A stretch of DNA of 55,816 nucleotides, the filler included, from Sphacelaria rigidula (Eukaryota): NCBI GenBank assembly GCA_964200075.2. It is 6 parts of 6 records of this genome, joined end to end, with 100 filler letters (N's around TTAATTAATTAA, not from the genome) between each part and the next. Parts side by side here need not be neighbours in the genome. Positions count along the whole stretch, not along the records: positions 18,641 to 27,859 come from CAXNAA020009013.1; positions 27,960 to 37,178 come from CAXNAA020009014.1; 4 more parts are not named here. The stretch is one strand, 5' to 3'. Position 1 is the stretch's first letter, and each line of letters opens with the position of its first letter. Below, piece after piece: positions 24,101 to 35,895 of the stretch. The notes below the pieces were generated by a model that was not told the origin of the DNA, did no database searches, and saw only the letters and a list, made by a program, of their open reading frames with translations. A program made the translations under genes and the position numbers.

Positions 24101-26423
24101 GGAAATCGTCCAGGACTGGTGAAAAGGGTCACGATCATCTGGGTTTGAATAAAACGCTGTTGTTTGCCGTTTTCTGATGAGGTACGTTCATGTTCAAAAG
24201 GAAGTCAGGAAGTAATTACCGTTGCTTTGCGCTTATGGGACTTGTTTTGCTTTCCATTTAGTCGTACTTATTATCTTTGCTCTAGTTTGGTCTTTCGGAG
24301 ATCATTCCTGCATGGTGGCAGCGGATATACCAAGGCTTGTTCACTTTAGCATCCCTTCTTGAGGTTGGTAACGGTAACCATGGTATCTAGCCACCCTGGT
24401 AATGTACAACCACCTTCGGATGTTGACGGGTCATACTGCCACTCACCGGTATAGAAACCAGTCAGCTTTGTAGTAATGCACGGTGGTTTTTAGATGGTTA
24501 CGGGCTACCCTGGTAGTCATTGGCACCGAAGCGTAAAAAAAAAAGCTTGAAAAAGGAACGCCATCCAAGAAGACAAACGTCATCCAACGAGATAAAAACG
24601 AAGCAGAACTGCGAGCAAAAAACCTACTATGATCTTGTAGGTTCTGAATCCACCACCTAACCACCGGAGATCGTACACGCTTACGATTGTACTACTGAGG
24701 TGACGTGCTGTTGACTGACGCATATGGTTAATTTCGTATTACTCTGCTACAGCAAATGGGAGCAGTACATCTGCGCCGTTTGTTCGGGTGGTAGTGAAAA
24801 AGCACAAGAAGACCATGTTTTGCTTGGGAAGTTTTTGGACGGGAATGGGATGATACTCCTTACTCGGTGACGATCTGGATGGGAGCGGGAGAAAAACATT
24901 TGCTTGGTAACGGTTTGGATGGGAACGGTAATTCCGATTCATCTTGCTTACCTCCCATTTCCGTAACGTCCCATTATTTCCCAATCATCATGGCTACACC
25001 GCGGAAAATCCCACGTGAAAAAAACATCAAGTTAAAGTGAGGTGGGGAAAACGGCAGTTTCCCAGCGTTTCCCGGTGGTAAAATGATACAACCGAATCCG
25101 CTAGGTCGCGAAAAACTGGCTTCGATTTCCGGTTAACGCGTGTGTGTGTTTCCTGTAGAATTTCAGTCGTTGTTAGTGTGAGGGAGGGCTTGAGTGGTAA
25201 GACGAATTTATTCCATGAAAGTCGACGCGATGAGGAGGTAGGTGCCGATGATTCAGTCCGCAATGTCAAATTGCGAGGAGGGCGTGTATCCGTTTTAGTT
25301 GTTTCCCCTACAGAACGGTAAAATGGTTAGTATTGCGAGGCGGGAAAAAACGTACCAGTAGAGCGCTGCCGAAAACTATCATTACCAACGACTAACAAGA
25401 AACTACACGCAAAATTCAAGAAAGAAATCAACGCGTGCGTAACGGCAAATGTAGAGGTATCGAAACGGGAAGGTGGTGGATCAAATGAGTTGCAAAGAGA
25501 GATTATACAAGAGAGAATTATTAATGGAGTGTGTCGCTAAACTCAAGAATGTAAAGGCAGCGAGGGCAGGCGAAATAGTTGTTGAATTCATTCAGTACGA
25601 AGGAGATGGAATGCTGAACATAATGATGATTGTGTCGAATGATTGGATCTAGGAACACGAAGCATTCACATCCAAAAGGTGCAGAGAAGGAAGGTTAGTA
25701 TGCTTTGTCAAGAAAAGAAATAAACAAGGCCAACCCAGAATGTTTTTTCTGTAAACCATTGAACGATAGAGTGGAAACGATGCCGGAGAAGGAAGAAAAC
25801 ACCATCGAGGAACACGTGGAGTTTAGACCAAACCCTAGCTGTCTGCGTAGGCCGTGTGTACACATTAAGCAAGATTATTCAAGGTGAGAAAGACGCCGGG
25901 CTGACAACGTACTCTTTGTTTCTAGACGCCCAAAAAGGCTCTGACAGCATGGAGAAGTGGTCCGCGGGAAAATATGTGAAAAGCTGGGAAAAGAGGGAAG
26001 ATGCGGAGAATGGTGAAAATGTAACAGAATGGGCGAGAAATGCCCTAATAATACTAGATGGGGAAATGTCCAAATATGATGATTACTCACAAGGAGTTGC
26101 ATAGGGGTGCACGTTATCACCCACTTTATTCAAGGTCATTTGCATTGGTAGTGACACAGGAGCAGCAATGCACGGAGTCAGGGTAGAGGAAGATAAGAGG
26201 TATTTGAACTGATATTCGCAGATGAGTTTGCGGGGATATTAGAAACACCAGAAGACTTGCAGAAGCAAATGGAGAAGGCGATAATACACCAGGAAATAGA
26301 TAGTGACAGCGAACGTAAAACCATGCGCGGTACTTGTGTGTACGAGCATAAAAAACACCCGGTAGAGTTCAAATGGACGTGGGAAGAAGAGGAAGTGCCG
26401 ATCATAGACCAGTATACGTATCT

Positions 26424-27172
26424 AACAGTCGAGCATCAAAGTTGAGGATGGACGTTTCATGGGGGATGACGACGCGGAAATTTTAAATCTTCGTATCCAC
26501 AACAATTCTTCGAAATATGGTCGCAGTCCTTCACCTCCTCCTGGTAGCTCTTGTCAACTTCTACACGCCCAACAAATTTCTAATCCGATAACCGAAGATT
26601 TGGGGTCATAGGTAAAGAGACGATTATGGGGAGATCGAGCGGTCCGTGTTGATTATCTGAATTCCCCAGGAGTTGGTTTTTGCCTGGGAAAATTTCGGTT
26701 ATCGGAATCTAAATTCTATGCCGCGTAGTAGTTGCCAAAAGCTGGCAGGAGTTGAAAGAATGCAACCATATTTCGGAGATTTGGTGCGGGCCTCAAATTT
26801 TAATTTCTCGATTGGGCAATGCTACGGTCGGGGTGCACTCTTTTCTCTGAGGCTCCTACAACAAGGAGCCTCTCAATGAAAAATATCTGCGGCTTACTGT
26901 GCAGCCTTGACTCTTCGGGGAGCGGACTCCCAGAAACATGGTGTTTACACGCCAAGACCGTTTTGTGAATCGGCATCATTTCCAGTCATTTTCAGGTAAA
27001 AGTGATGCCGATTCGCCATATTACCCCTTCGTGCAAACATAATGTTTCTGGGAGTTCGGTCCCCAAAAGGGTTTAGACAAGTTTTATCTTGAAACGTTCA
27101 CCTTTACCGTGACATCCCTAGAGTTTCCATCCTCAATGAAAGCTCTATCCTCAATTTTGATGATCCGCTGCA
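26424..27172. mobile_element. Foldback element, family B, with a 4-bp ATCT duplication
   Basis: Ends are CAGTCGAGCATCAAAGTTGAGGAT and ATCCTCAATTTTGATGATCCGCTG. ATCT at 26420-26423 and 27173-27176. Removing it restores YTYLGVEI in the host RT. Confidence 0.75.
26911..27071. mobile_element. piggyBac-like hairpin MITE nested in the foldback element
   Basis: TTGA-CTCTTCGGGGA...TCCCCAAAAGGG-TTTA with core GAATCGGCATCA...TGATGCCGATTC. Confidence 0.7.
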
Positions 27173-27519
27173 ATCTTGGCGTAGAAATATGAAACACTGC
27201 TCTTGGGCTGCACGAACTCATGAAGTAACACGAAAGGGTAACGCACAGATAGACAAGATGGACGTGATCCCAAGAGACTCGCACCTCTATACTAGAGCAA
27301 AGAGATGCGTTCTAATGAATGGGATTGTACCAAAGCTGGATATACAGGAGAAATATGGGAAGGGGACCAAGCAGCTGAAAATGACAGTACATACGATGGC
27401 AGCGTTCCAATGAATGCTATTGTACCAAAGCTGAATATACAGGAGAAATATGGGAGGCGGACGCAAATATATATAACACAAGGATCATATATATTACATA
27501 TGTTATATACTAAATAGAA

Positions 27520-27859
27520 TCATATATATACATGTATCATTCTACTTTTTTCATCACTTTTGCTGAGTTTTCTCTGGCGGCAAGGCATCTCGTCACGCGC
27601 TTTCTTTTGCAGTGCGCGACGAAAGCACAGCGGTACATTACCTTTCAGGTTTGGGTGTCATCTGATACCTGTGGCGCGTGTTATGGACATCGAAAGTCGC
27701 CCGCACTGGCTCTTTTTCGCGGCGTGTCGATCCCGAACAACAAAAACCTTCCCAAGTTTATGAAAAACTTCAAGCAGCAGGATATAATTGTTGGCGGGGT
27801 ATTTCCCCCCGTGTTTCTCTTCGTCGCGTTCTCGTTCATTTGGGAGCACGAGTACACCG
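27520..27859 (+). mobile_element. Helitron-like non-autonomous element, 5' part, cut by the contig end
   Basis: A|TCATATATATA start; clearly homologous to 33020-33410. Confidence 0.55.
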
Positions 27860-27959
27860 NNNNNNNNNNNNNNNNNNNNNNNNNNNNNNNNNNNNNNNNN
27901 NNNTTAATTAATTAANNNNNNNNNNNNNNNNNNNNNNNNNNNNNNNNNNNNNNNNNNNN
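27860..27959. other. Artificial contig spacer
   Basis: N44-TTAATTAATTAA-N44. Confidence 0.98.
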
Positions 27960-28035
27960 GTACTGTTTCTAACCTCTCCACCAATTTCGCGGTTCCCTCC
28001 CATACTTTTCCTGCATATTCCAGCTGTGGTACGAA
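27960..28035 (-). mobile_element. LINE RT-thumb fragment whose 5' truncation point abuts a C-run
   Basis: VPQLEYAGKVWEGTAKLVERLETV matches 27320-27395. A G-tract at 28036-28054 (+) lies immediately upstream on the element strand. Confidence 0.75.
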
Positions 28036-28312
28036 GGTGGGGAGGGGGGGGGGGTGATAAATCTGAAACGATACCCCTTGGCCTGGCACATACGATATTA
28101 TCCAGGTCAATCGAACAATCAACCGTGGTGAAGGATTGAAAATACAGTTATGTGGCACACACATCACGTATCCTCACGCTGGCATTTCTGGTATGCGACA
28201 TGCGTCGCGCCGTTGCAAGAGAGCGCCAGATCATTCTGCAAGGGAGAGGAATAGCCTTGACGAGCGACACGTGCGTTGTGTGTGAAGAGCGATACTTTTT
28301 TGGAGCGCTTGA

Positions 28313-28428
28313 CCCTTTTGGAACCCATCGACGATTTTCGTTTATGTCAATCGGCATAATTTTTAGTCGTTTTCAAGTCAAAATGATGCCGATTCACAAA
28401 AACAAGAATCGTCATATGTCCAAAAGGG
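28313..28428. mobile_element. piggyBac-like hairpin MITE
   Basis: TTGA-CCCTTTTGGA...TCCAAAAGGG-TTAA with the AATCGGCAT...ATGCCGATT core. Confidence 0.75.
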
Positions 28429-28641
28429 TTAAGGAGCGCGTCATTCGTTTTACTCCGATTTGCCATCTGTTTCAGTGAAGGATTCTAATGTACTGTATCG
28501 AATCTTCCTTTGCCTCGCTTCAGAAACGACTAGGTTGAAAAACGGACGGCTGAACACAGATAATAACAGCAGGTAACATAAAATTAGTAGTACGCTACGA
28601 CGTGTGCCCCCCCGCCTTGACTCCGCAATCAGAAATATGTA

Positions 28642-28690
<49 letters not shown>

Positions 28691-28760
28691 ACCGTTCCGA
28701 TATCTACGCGGTACATTCGTAACGGGCAGCTGATGCGGACGCCTTCCGTGGTCACAGGCT
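28642..28760 (-). mobile_element. Non-LTR 3' tail with (CAA)n microsatellite
   Basis: TGTGACCACGGAAGGCGTCCGCATCAG...GGAACGGT followed by about 16 AAC units; same family as 2805-2909. Confidence 0.7.
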
Positions 28761-29554
28761 AGCGAAAACAAAAACAAAAAAAGCAAAATAGACGCAGAGT
28801 AAAACTCACAAAAGAAGTATACACGGCAGATTGCTGCCTTTACTTCGGCATTCAGCACCTTGGATGGGATGAAATTATTGGTGATAAGTGGGCAAGCTTT
28901 CGGCTGTTCGCTTGCTGAACCAATTGTACTGGTTGGTGGAGCAAGGCAGTAAGGTAGCAATATCAAGTCGTAGTTGTAGGCACCCGTTGCTCTGTACGAG
29001 CTAAGTTGTGAAGTAGGACGAGAGGATGAGAAAATTGACAATGCCAGAGCCGGTCTACGCCGCTTGAACTGGGGTGAGCAGCGTGGATTGGGGTCATGAC
29101 CACTAGCCAAATCTCACCGGATAATTTGTGCCTCTTCCGGAATTGGCCTCATATGGCAAGTTTTTACAAGTCCAACGACTCTTGAGTCGCGATTTTCGCC
29201 TCCTAGTTTCTCGCGTGGAATCCATTGCTAGTCATGTTCCCTCCTTTTGTTATTTTTGTCATTTTTCCTGTCTTGACTTCATGGCAGATCTGATGTGTTT
29301 GTCTCACCACACCCCAACCAACTCGGGGGGGGGGGGGGGGGGTTTCTCCTTCGTTTAATTTTTTTTTTTTTTTTTTTGTGTTGGGGGTCTCCGGAAGAGA
29401 AATGGNATATTTGATTTTTTTTTTTTTTTTTTTTTTTCCTTTTTTTACTTTATGGCCGATTTGGTGGGTTTTTCCCCCCCCCCCCCCACCCACGGGGGGG
29501 GGGGGGGGGGGGGGAGTTTCTCGTCCGTTCAATTTGATGTTTTTTTGCTTTGTG

Positions 29555-29750
29555 TTCGGAGTCTCAGCAGAAGAAATGGGCGCTCTATCTCCTGGAAGGA
29601 ATAGCAGTGATGGTACAGGCGGGCCTACGTCTGTGACCACGGGTTCGAGCGGTCGGGCTAATGTGCGAGAATATCAACAGTAATTGTGTATACTACTACT
29701 ACTACTGCTACTGCTACTACTACCACTACCACCACCACCATCATCACTTC
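29555..29750 (+). mobile_element. Non-LTR 3' UTR/tail with (TAC/CAC)n microsatellite
   Basis: GAGTCTCA...AAGGAATAGCAG...GCCTACGTCTGTGACCACGGGTTCGAG, shared with 51140-51260. Confidence 0.65.
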
Positions 29751-30738
29751 TACCTAAGTAGGAGAATGAGGGATGACTCAGGGCCGATTCACAACAATTC
29801 AGCGCCGAAACCTCGTCTGGTGTGTGAAAGCTTGGCTGAGGACAAGCACACGCTGAACGACCTGTCAGTCGTGATGTTCGGGCATACCTGTGTGGGAGCG
29901 TGCGCATGTGTGTAAAACGACCTCGGCTTCATAACTTTTGTGTTGTTTAGATATTTAACAATTGAAACAAACTCGATTCATGCGGGCCAATTCGTGAAGA
30001 GAACGACGGCTCAGAGGTGACTCAACCAACTGAATTCGCAACATAACAGCACAAGGTCAACTCATACTGCCGAATTCGTAAAATGTGGGACTACTCAAGC
30101 CCGCTCGTTCGGTTTGATTGGGAAAGGCAGAGACGACTCATGGATCGACGCATGGACTCATTTCGGAAAAGGAGAGACGATTCTGAGTTGACTCATCGAA
30201 ATCATTTCGGAAAATGAGGGACGATTCATAGTCGACTCATACAACTCGATCTAGAGAAGGACCATTGATTCAATGCCTCAATTTCCACGACTCACAGTCG
30301 TAGTGATTGAACATAGGTAACGTTCCATGGTCAAACGGTGCCACATGGAAGTGGGTACCAGCTGGTGCTTCACCCAGACAAGTCAAGGCATGCGGTGCTA
30401 CCGACCGCGGAGATTTCGCTATTGGTTGATCAGATGCAGATGGTGTTAATTATTGACGCCGAATGAAGCACTCATCCCATAGCAACGGGAGATTACTACA
30501 TACTGCCTGTTATCATATCAGAGTTGTGCGAAGTGGATAACCGAACTCTTTGACCCTTCGAGTTCCTGCGAATGAACACCCATGTGTGACAAGCCATCCT
30601 CCAAGTGAAGATCATGCCGACTCAACCGGTGTATACGCCCAGGCGATCAAGAGGTGAGGGATGAGTGTTTTTACGCTTTTTGTGTGTCGGCACTTCGCGC
30701 TGGTGTTCCTCTTCTCGTTTTCCCCTCTCTTTTCGCAG

Positions 30739-30856
30739 AACGAGCCATTGTTCATGCGGACTTACGATGAGGCGGACGGAGAAGGGGGGGAGGATGCCAC
30801 TCTCCGCCTGCACAACATCGTACATAGCTCTCTTGACGTGGTTGGAGAGCGAAAAG
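30739..30856 (+). CDS. TRAPPC2L: Internal exon of trafficking protein particle complex subunit 2-like (sedlin family)
   Basis: ttcgcag| acceptor and |gtgaac donor, 118 nt, phase 0/1. NEPLFMRTY...LRLHNIVHSSLDVVGERK matches the N-x-PLYIR...LKFHYIVHxSLDVVxE pattern of TRAPPC2L. No other exons were found in this contig. Confidence 0.75.
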
Positions 30857-31552
30857 GTGAACCGTTGACAGGGGTGCTGTTTTTGTATTTTATTCCCGTC
30901 TTTTTGCTCTCCCAACGATGATGACAAGACTAAACGTAGTATTGCATACAAGACGCCACCCCTTTCTGCAAATTTGTGAAAAAAAATCAACGCGAGTTGA
31001 TCATAATGGCATGGGGGACAGACGAGTTGGTTTGATGGCTCGACTCCAACAACTTCAAAACGTAGCCCACGCGTGGAAGGCATTGATTGAAGTTCACGGA
31101 CGCCAGTTCGTACGATATCAGACTCGTACTCGTCGTATGTGTGATATCCTTCCCTTTGTTACATCCTTTTATGCCTCATCGGAGGCTCGCTCCGTTGCAA
31201 AACTCTCCTTTTGAGGATTGGCGTCGGTTGGCAACGACGCTGTGAAACATGCCATTCATTGCGGAAGATGGGGAACCCAATAACCGGGTGTTTTTCGCTT
31301 GCGTTCTTCTTTTGCGGTAACAGTGATGGTAATCGAGCTAGATCATATTGTGCGGAATGGAGAACCCTAACTCCGGGCAAAGGAGATGATCGTGCTGCGT
31401 GGTGTTGAGTTAGCGCGACATCCATGAGGCACTGCGTAATCCGCGGCTGTCTCTGAAGGTGACGGTCCCAGAAAGTGAAGCGGTTCACTGTAGGCTACGA
31501 TCTATATGCAAGATAAACAGCGATTGCGAGCCTGGTCCGGCGAAAACCCGCG

Positions 31553-31624
31553 TGCTCCGTCCCGGCTTTGTGGGGATGCAAGATCAATGGCCTTATGACT
31601 ATGGCATGCAAAATCATGAGTACA
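31553..31624 (+). mobile_element. 5'-truncated LINE tail, C-tract family variant 2
   Basis: GCTCCGTCCCGGCTTTGTGGGGATGCAAGATCAATGG...ATGAGTACA followed by C6. Confidence 0.7.
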
Positions 31625-33019
31625 CCCCCCGCAAAACTCTGCAAGGGGCAAGATATCCAAGGATACTTTGGCTGTGATGTTCACAGGGCGCCCACAACAG
31701 GCTATGCTCAACTTGGCTCAAGTGAATCAGAACAACTCCGACCTTTTTTAATTTGTCGGATTTGTGTGGCGCCTCTGGGTTCATTTACTGCATGAAGACC
31801 TGCGGTGCAATGCGCTAGCATGACCGCCAGAGGTTGCTACGCGAGGTTTCAGAGGTGTGAAACCTCACCATGACTCTGCATTTTCTTTGGTGATGAGCGG
31901 CTCGACCTTCCTATCCCAGGAGATCTTGTCGTCGGTACCAAAATACTTGCATATACACATCCAAGACGTTTTATCATGGTTTCAAAAATACATATTTGGC
32001 GCACTTTGGACCCCTACCCTTCCTCGGGAGGAGTCCGTGATCTCAAGGGATCAACCCATCCATCTCTCACCTTGCGAGGATAAAAGCTGTGTGTCGACAA
32101 GAGTGATGGCGAATGTGCATGGAACAATCGTAGAGATGCGCGAACAGTTCGCTTGGAATCTCCCACCGACACAACGAACGCACGTAGACTTTCGTTTTTA
32201 CGTGAAAATCTGTCGGACTTTTGCCGACGCGCCCCCGCCCTTGAGTACACAGGGTAGAGCAAATGAGCTGGTGCTCCTGAAAGAGTAACGTTCCACCATC
32301 TTCTACTCCTTTCTTTTTTTTCGAGTGGATTCATTCCTTTTTGTATTACAACTTCCTTCAGATGCACAATACACTCCGCACCTGCTGGGGCACGCATCGC
32401 ACCAAATCGTGGTAGGCCTCGCAGACGTACGCCTTCAAGTTGTCAACCATTTATCGATACCAACGCAGCTGAAAGATCGGGTTCCAGCCCCTCATTTGTC
32501 ACATGCTTCGCTAAGCGCATAGGTTTCAACTTCCTATACCCGTGCACCGTCTGCTGGGAAACGACCTGCATGAGATATCTCTGAATCCCATCCAAATCCA
32601 CGCAACATTTTGTACCGCCCCAGCCCTGTTATGCGAAGCGAACATCTACATATATCATCAACAGCCGATGAATCGCCACAGGAGATGGGTCCCGAGGTCG
32701 GGTACCATCACCTCGACGTGAACGGTGAGGAGGGAGGTTCCTTTTCGTAGGATAGCGCAAAGGGCACACCTCTGTATGAGCGCCTCTGTGTGAGCGTACC
32801 ACTTCTGTCCCACAAACAAAAGTACCTTACACTTTAGTGTTCATATCTCACGTTTCTCGGGTGATTTTTTTATCTGATGACGGGATTCTGCGCGAAGAAA
32901 TGTTGATCGACATTTAATGTCTCAGCCTTGAAAACGCTCCCTCGTAGTTTACTTTTTTTGCACGAGAATCGTAGCCCTGCAATGAGCCTATGATACGCTC
33001 GCCCTTCGTTTTATATAAA

Positions 33020-33936
33020 TCTTATACATGTACATGTATCATTTTACATTTCTCACCACTTTTGCCGAGTTTTCTCTGGCGATGAGCCATTTTTTCCCGC
33101 GCTTTCTTTTGCAACGCACTAAGAATGCTCAGCGGGACATTACCATTCCGGTTCGGGTATCATCCGATACCTGTGGCGCGTGTTCTGACCACCGAAAATC
33201 GCTCAAATTCGCCCTTTTTCGCGGGGTGTCGATCCCGAACCACAAAAGCCTTTTCAAGATAGTGGAAAACTTGAAACAGGAACCCGAACCACAAAAGCCC
33301 GTTGAAGATCATGGAAAACTTGAAATAGGATGACTTTTGGCGGGGTATTTTCCCCCCGTGTATATCTTCGCCGCGTTCTCGTTCATTTAGGAGCACGATC
33401 ACACCGGTTATGCCGTCAATGCAAAGAGAACATGGGAGCAGAGCAGTTGAAAACAATTCATCGTTGCCTTGGCCTTAGTCACAAGCAAACCCAAGACCGT
33501 GCAACGGGCCGTTGACGAGTTGAACAAGGCACAGCAGCACGGCTGCACAGGAATGTTTTGCCGCAAAAAACAATGACCTTGTTTTAAAAAAAGGCCCGGT
33601 GATGTGGAAGCCACGGTGATGTACAAAGGACATGCCAAGAATGTTGCACGCATTCCAATTTTTCGGGAAGTGTCTCCCGCTGTCATGTCTTTGTGGCACG
33701 AGAGCTACTTCGCACTCTGGCACCTCGGAAATACCACACATGTCCTACGCCGGCGGTTGCGCAGTCGGCCTCCGTCCGAATGCCCATATTTCCTGACGAC
33801 ATTCGATAACACATGCGATGTTTTGTACAGCTACGATCACTACTATACATTGAGATACAACAGCCTCTCTTAACCATATATTTTCGACTTGCTCACCCCC
33901 GGGAGGCCCTCACCAATCTCCCGAAGGGGAACCTCG
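33020..33936 (+). mobile_element. Helitron-like non-autonomous element
   Basis: A|TC start, subterminal stem CGGGAG...CTCCCG (about 33900-33923), CTCG|T end, no TSD; a second copy starts at 27520. Confidence 0.55.
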
Positions 33937-35749
33937 TATATATATATATAATTGAATGACCAGCTCTGAGACTACTGTGTGAGCCCTATACATGTCAGGT
34001 TTACCGTAGACGATATAAAAGCCAAGGTACGTCACTTTCAATGCATACCGCGAGTAAAGATGGGTCTCGATGGTGCTCTCACATGAGCTGTTCAAAATGG
34101 TTGGTGTGTATTTGCACGGTGTCTTTTGAATTTGGCCAAGCCCTGAAGTTGGGCCCACTGGTGCGCGAGTTCTGTGGAGACCCACAGCCTGCAGGAGCTG
34201 AGGTCCTGGGTAAATAAATAAAAAAGTAAATATTGCCTAGTCCAGTCTCGATATATGCTCTGTGGTGAGTCTTGATTCAAAGTTTGTTCATTTTGACGTT
34301 CATGAAAGACTCCAGTTTTGCTATGTACGATGCGCGCGTGAAACGTTCTACATAGCAAATTGATGCGTACACACTCTACTGGCAAAGAGGTCTTCTACAA
34401 AACAACACATGTGTCTCAAATATTTTTTGCAACCTATGCGGGCCTGACACCAGCGTCTCCTACACAACACATTCCTGTTTCCATCAACTGCTACTTCCGG
34501 AGTTGACGTCGGTGCATCAGGGTCCTCCAAGTCGAATTTTTATTTCATTTTTTTTCTATTTCCGGAGTGGGTTGGTTCCAGTATTTCGAGGTCCGATAAA
34601 TCAAATCTATGTTTCAAGTGTCAGCTATTTCAGGAGTTGCTGCTGGTACATAAAAGTCCGGGAAAAAATGGAAGAAAAATCAAGTTTGACAATAAAGTTG
34701 CCTTGTATAATACGTTGATGCCAGTACGCTGGTGTACGGGACGACAAAAGATGGCACACGCTTGAAATAGAAATTTTAAATCTAGGAGACGGTAGGGTCA
34801 GTATTTTGGCGGCCGGGACAGATAGCTCATGAACAAGACATGTACGTGATGAACAATTGATGAACATACGAAATATATTCTTTGCGCGAACCCTTTTCTC
34901 TTCCTTTTTCCTTGCTAATGTTGGAAATTTGAAAACACGGCTAGAACGCGGCTTTTCTCGGCCGACGTCTTATTTCTGCGCCGCGGGCGTGTCCTTTGGA
35001 CTTCGCAGATTAGTGGGGTTGGGAACTGGACCAGTACGTACTGCCAGTTCTTCGGAACTGGCCACTCCCTAAGAACTGGCAAACGGGCGGCCAGTACCGC
35101 CCGTACATACACAACTTACGTACGTCCCACAATACGCCTCAGAAACCAGCGGAAACTCATCCAAACTACGCCACCACGTCGCCTCAAAGGAGAGAACATA
35201 CACCACACACAACGCACACGCAGTACACAGCGGGAGACCATTAGAACGATGCACAGGTTTTTCACGTCTAGCAGTCCGCCGCCAGCAGACCCTGGCGGTG
35301 GTGGTACCCCGGGGCCTGCTGCGTCAGCAGCTGCACCCGCTGCGTCAGCAGATGCGGTGTTGATGCATGTTCAGGGCTGCTACGTCTTTCGTTTTGTTTT
35401 TTATTTGAGAGGCTGTCCTATGATCAATAATGTAGGGTGCTCACGCCTTGTGCAGTCAAGGGCGACTATATCCTATATACCTGCTCCCTACATTTTTTAT
35501 TTGGAAGTCCGAAGTACTCTCTACTTGTTAAGACTGAAGACACACCATACACTCAAATTGCAACAAATGACGTGTAGGCCTCACCACGATGCTGGAGTTG
35601 ATGAGCATCGCGATATTTATGGCATATTTATTATTTTTTATCTTCATATTTTCCTTGAGTTGAAAAAAATAATTTGGGCGTTGTACTAGACGTTGTCTCC
35701 CGAAATAGTGCCTCTTAGGTTGGTCAAAAACCGCTCAGTTTTTAGGCCC

Positions 35750-35803
35750 TTATTGTTACTACTGTTATTGTTATTGTTGTTATTATTATTATTATCATTG
35801 TTA

Positions 35804-35835
<32 letters not shown>

Positions 35836-35895
35836 GTTATCATTATCATGTTCGTCACATTACCTCGATCTCTCGAACCCGTGGTCACAGAGTGC
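35750..35895 (-). mobile_element. Non-LTR 3' tail with (TAA)n microsatellite
   Basis: Minus strand TCTGTGACCACGGGTTCGAGAGATCGAGGTAATGTGACGAAC followed by TAA/CAA repeats. Confidence 0.65.

Larger units (their letters stand above)
25311..27465 (+). mobile_element. Second decayed copy of the same LINE (RT domain), interrupted at 26424-27172
   Basis: Colinear with 19560-20390 (QNGKM..., VYTLSKIIQG...LTTYSLFLDAQK), then QGVA*GCTLSPTLF, IFADEF, DQYTY|LGVEI and IVPKL..GEIWEG. The last part is tandemly duplicated at about 27314-27460. Confidence 0.9.

Noticed and set aside
28178-28235. Minus-strand mini-exon (ttgcag|NDLALSCNG...|gtgagg)
   Set aside because: The splice sites are plausible, but there is no partner exon or recognisable protein, and it is opposite to the TRAPPC2L exon.
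29240-29570. Tandem duplication with long homopolymers
   Set aside because: The second copy looks like a low-quality version of the first, with homopolymer smearing and an internal N; probably a read or assembly artefact.
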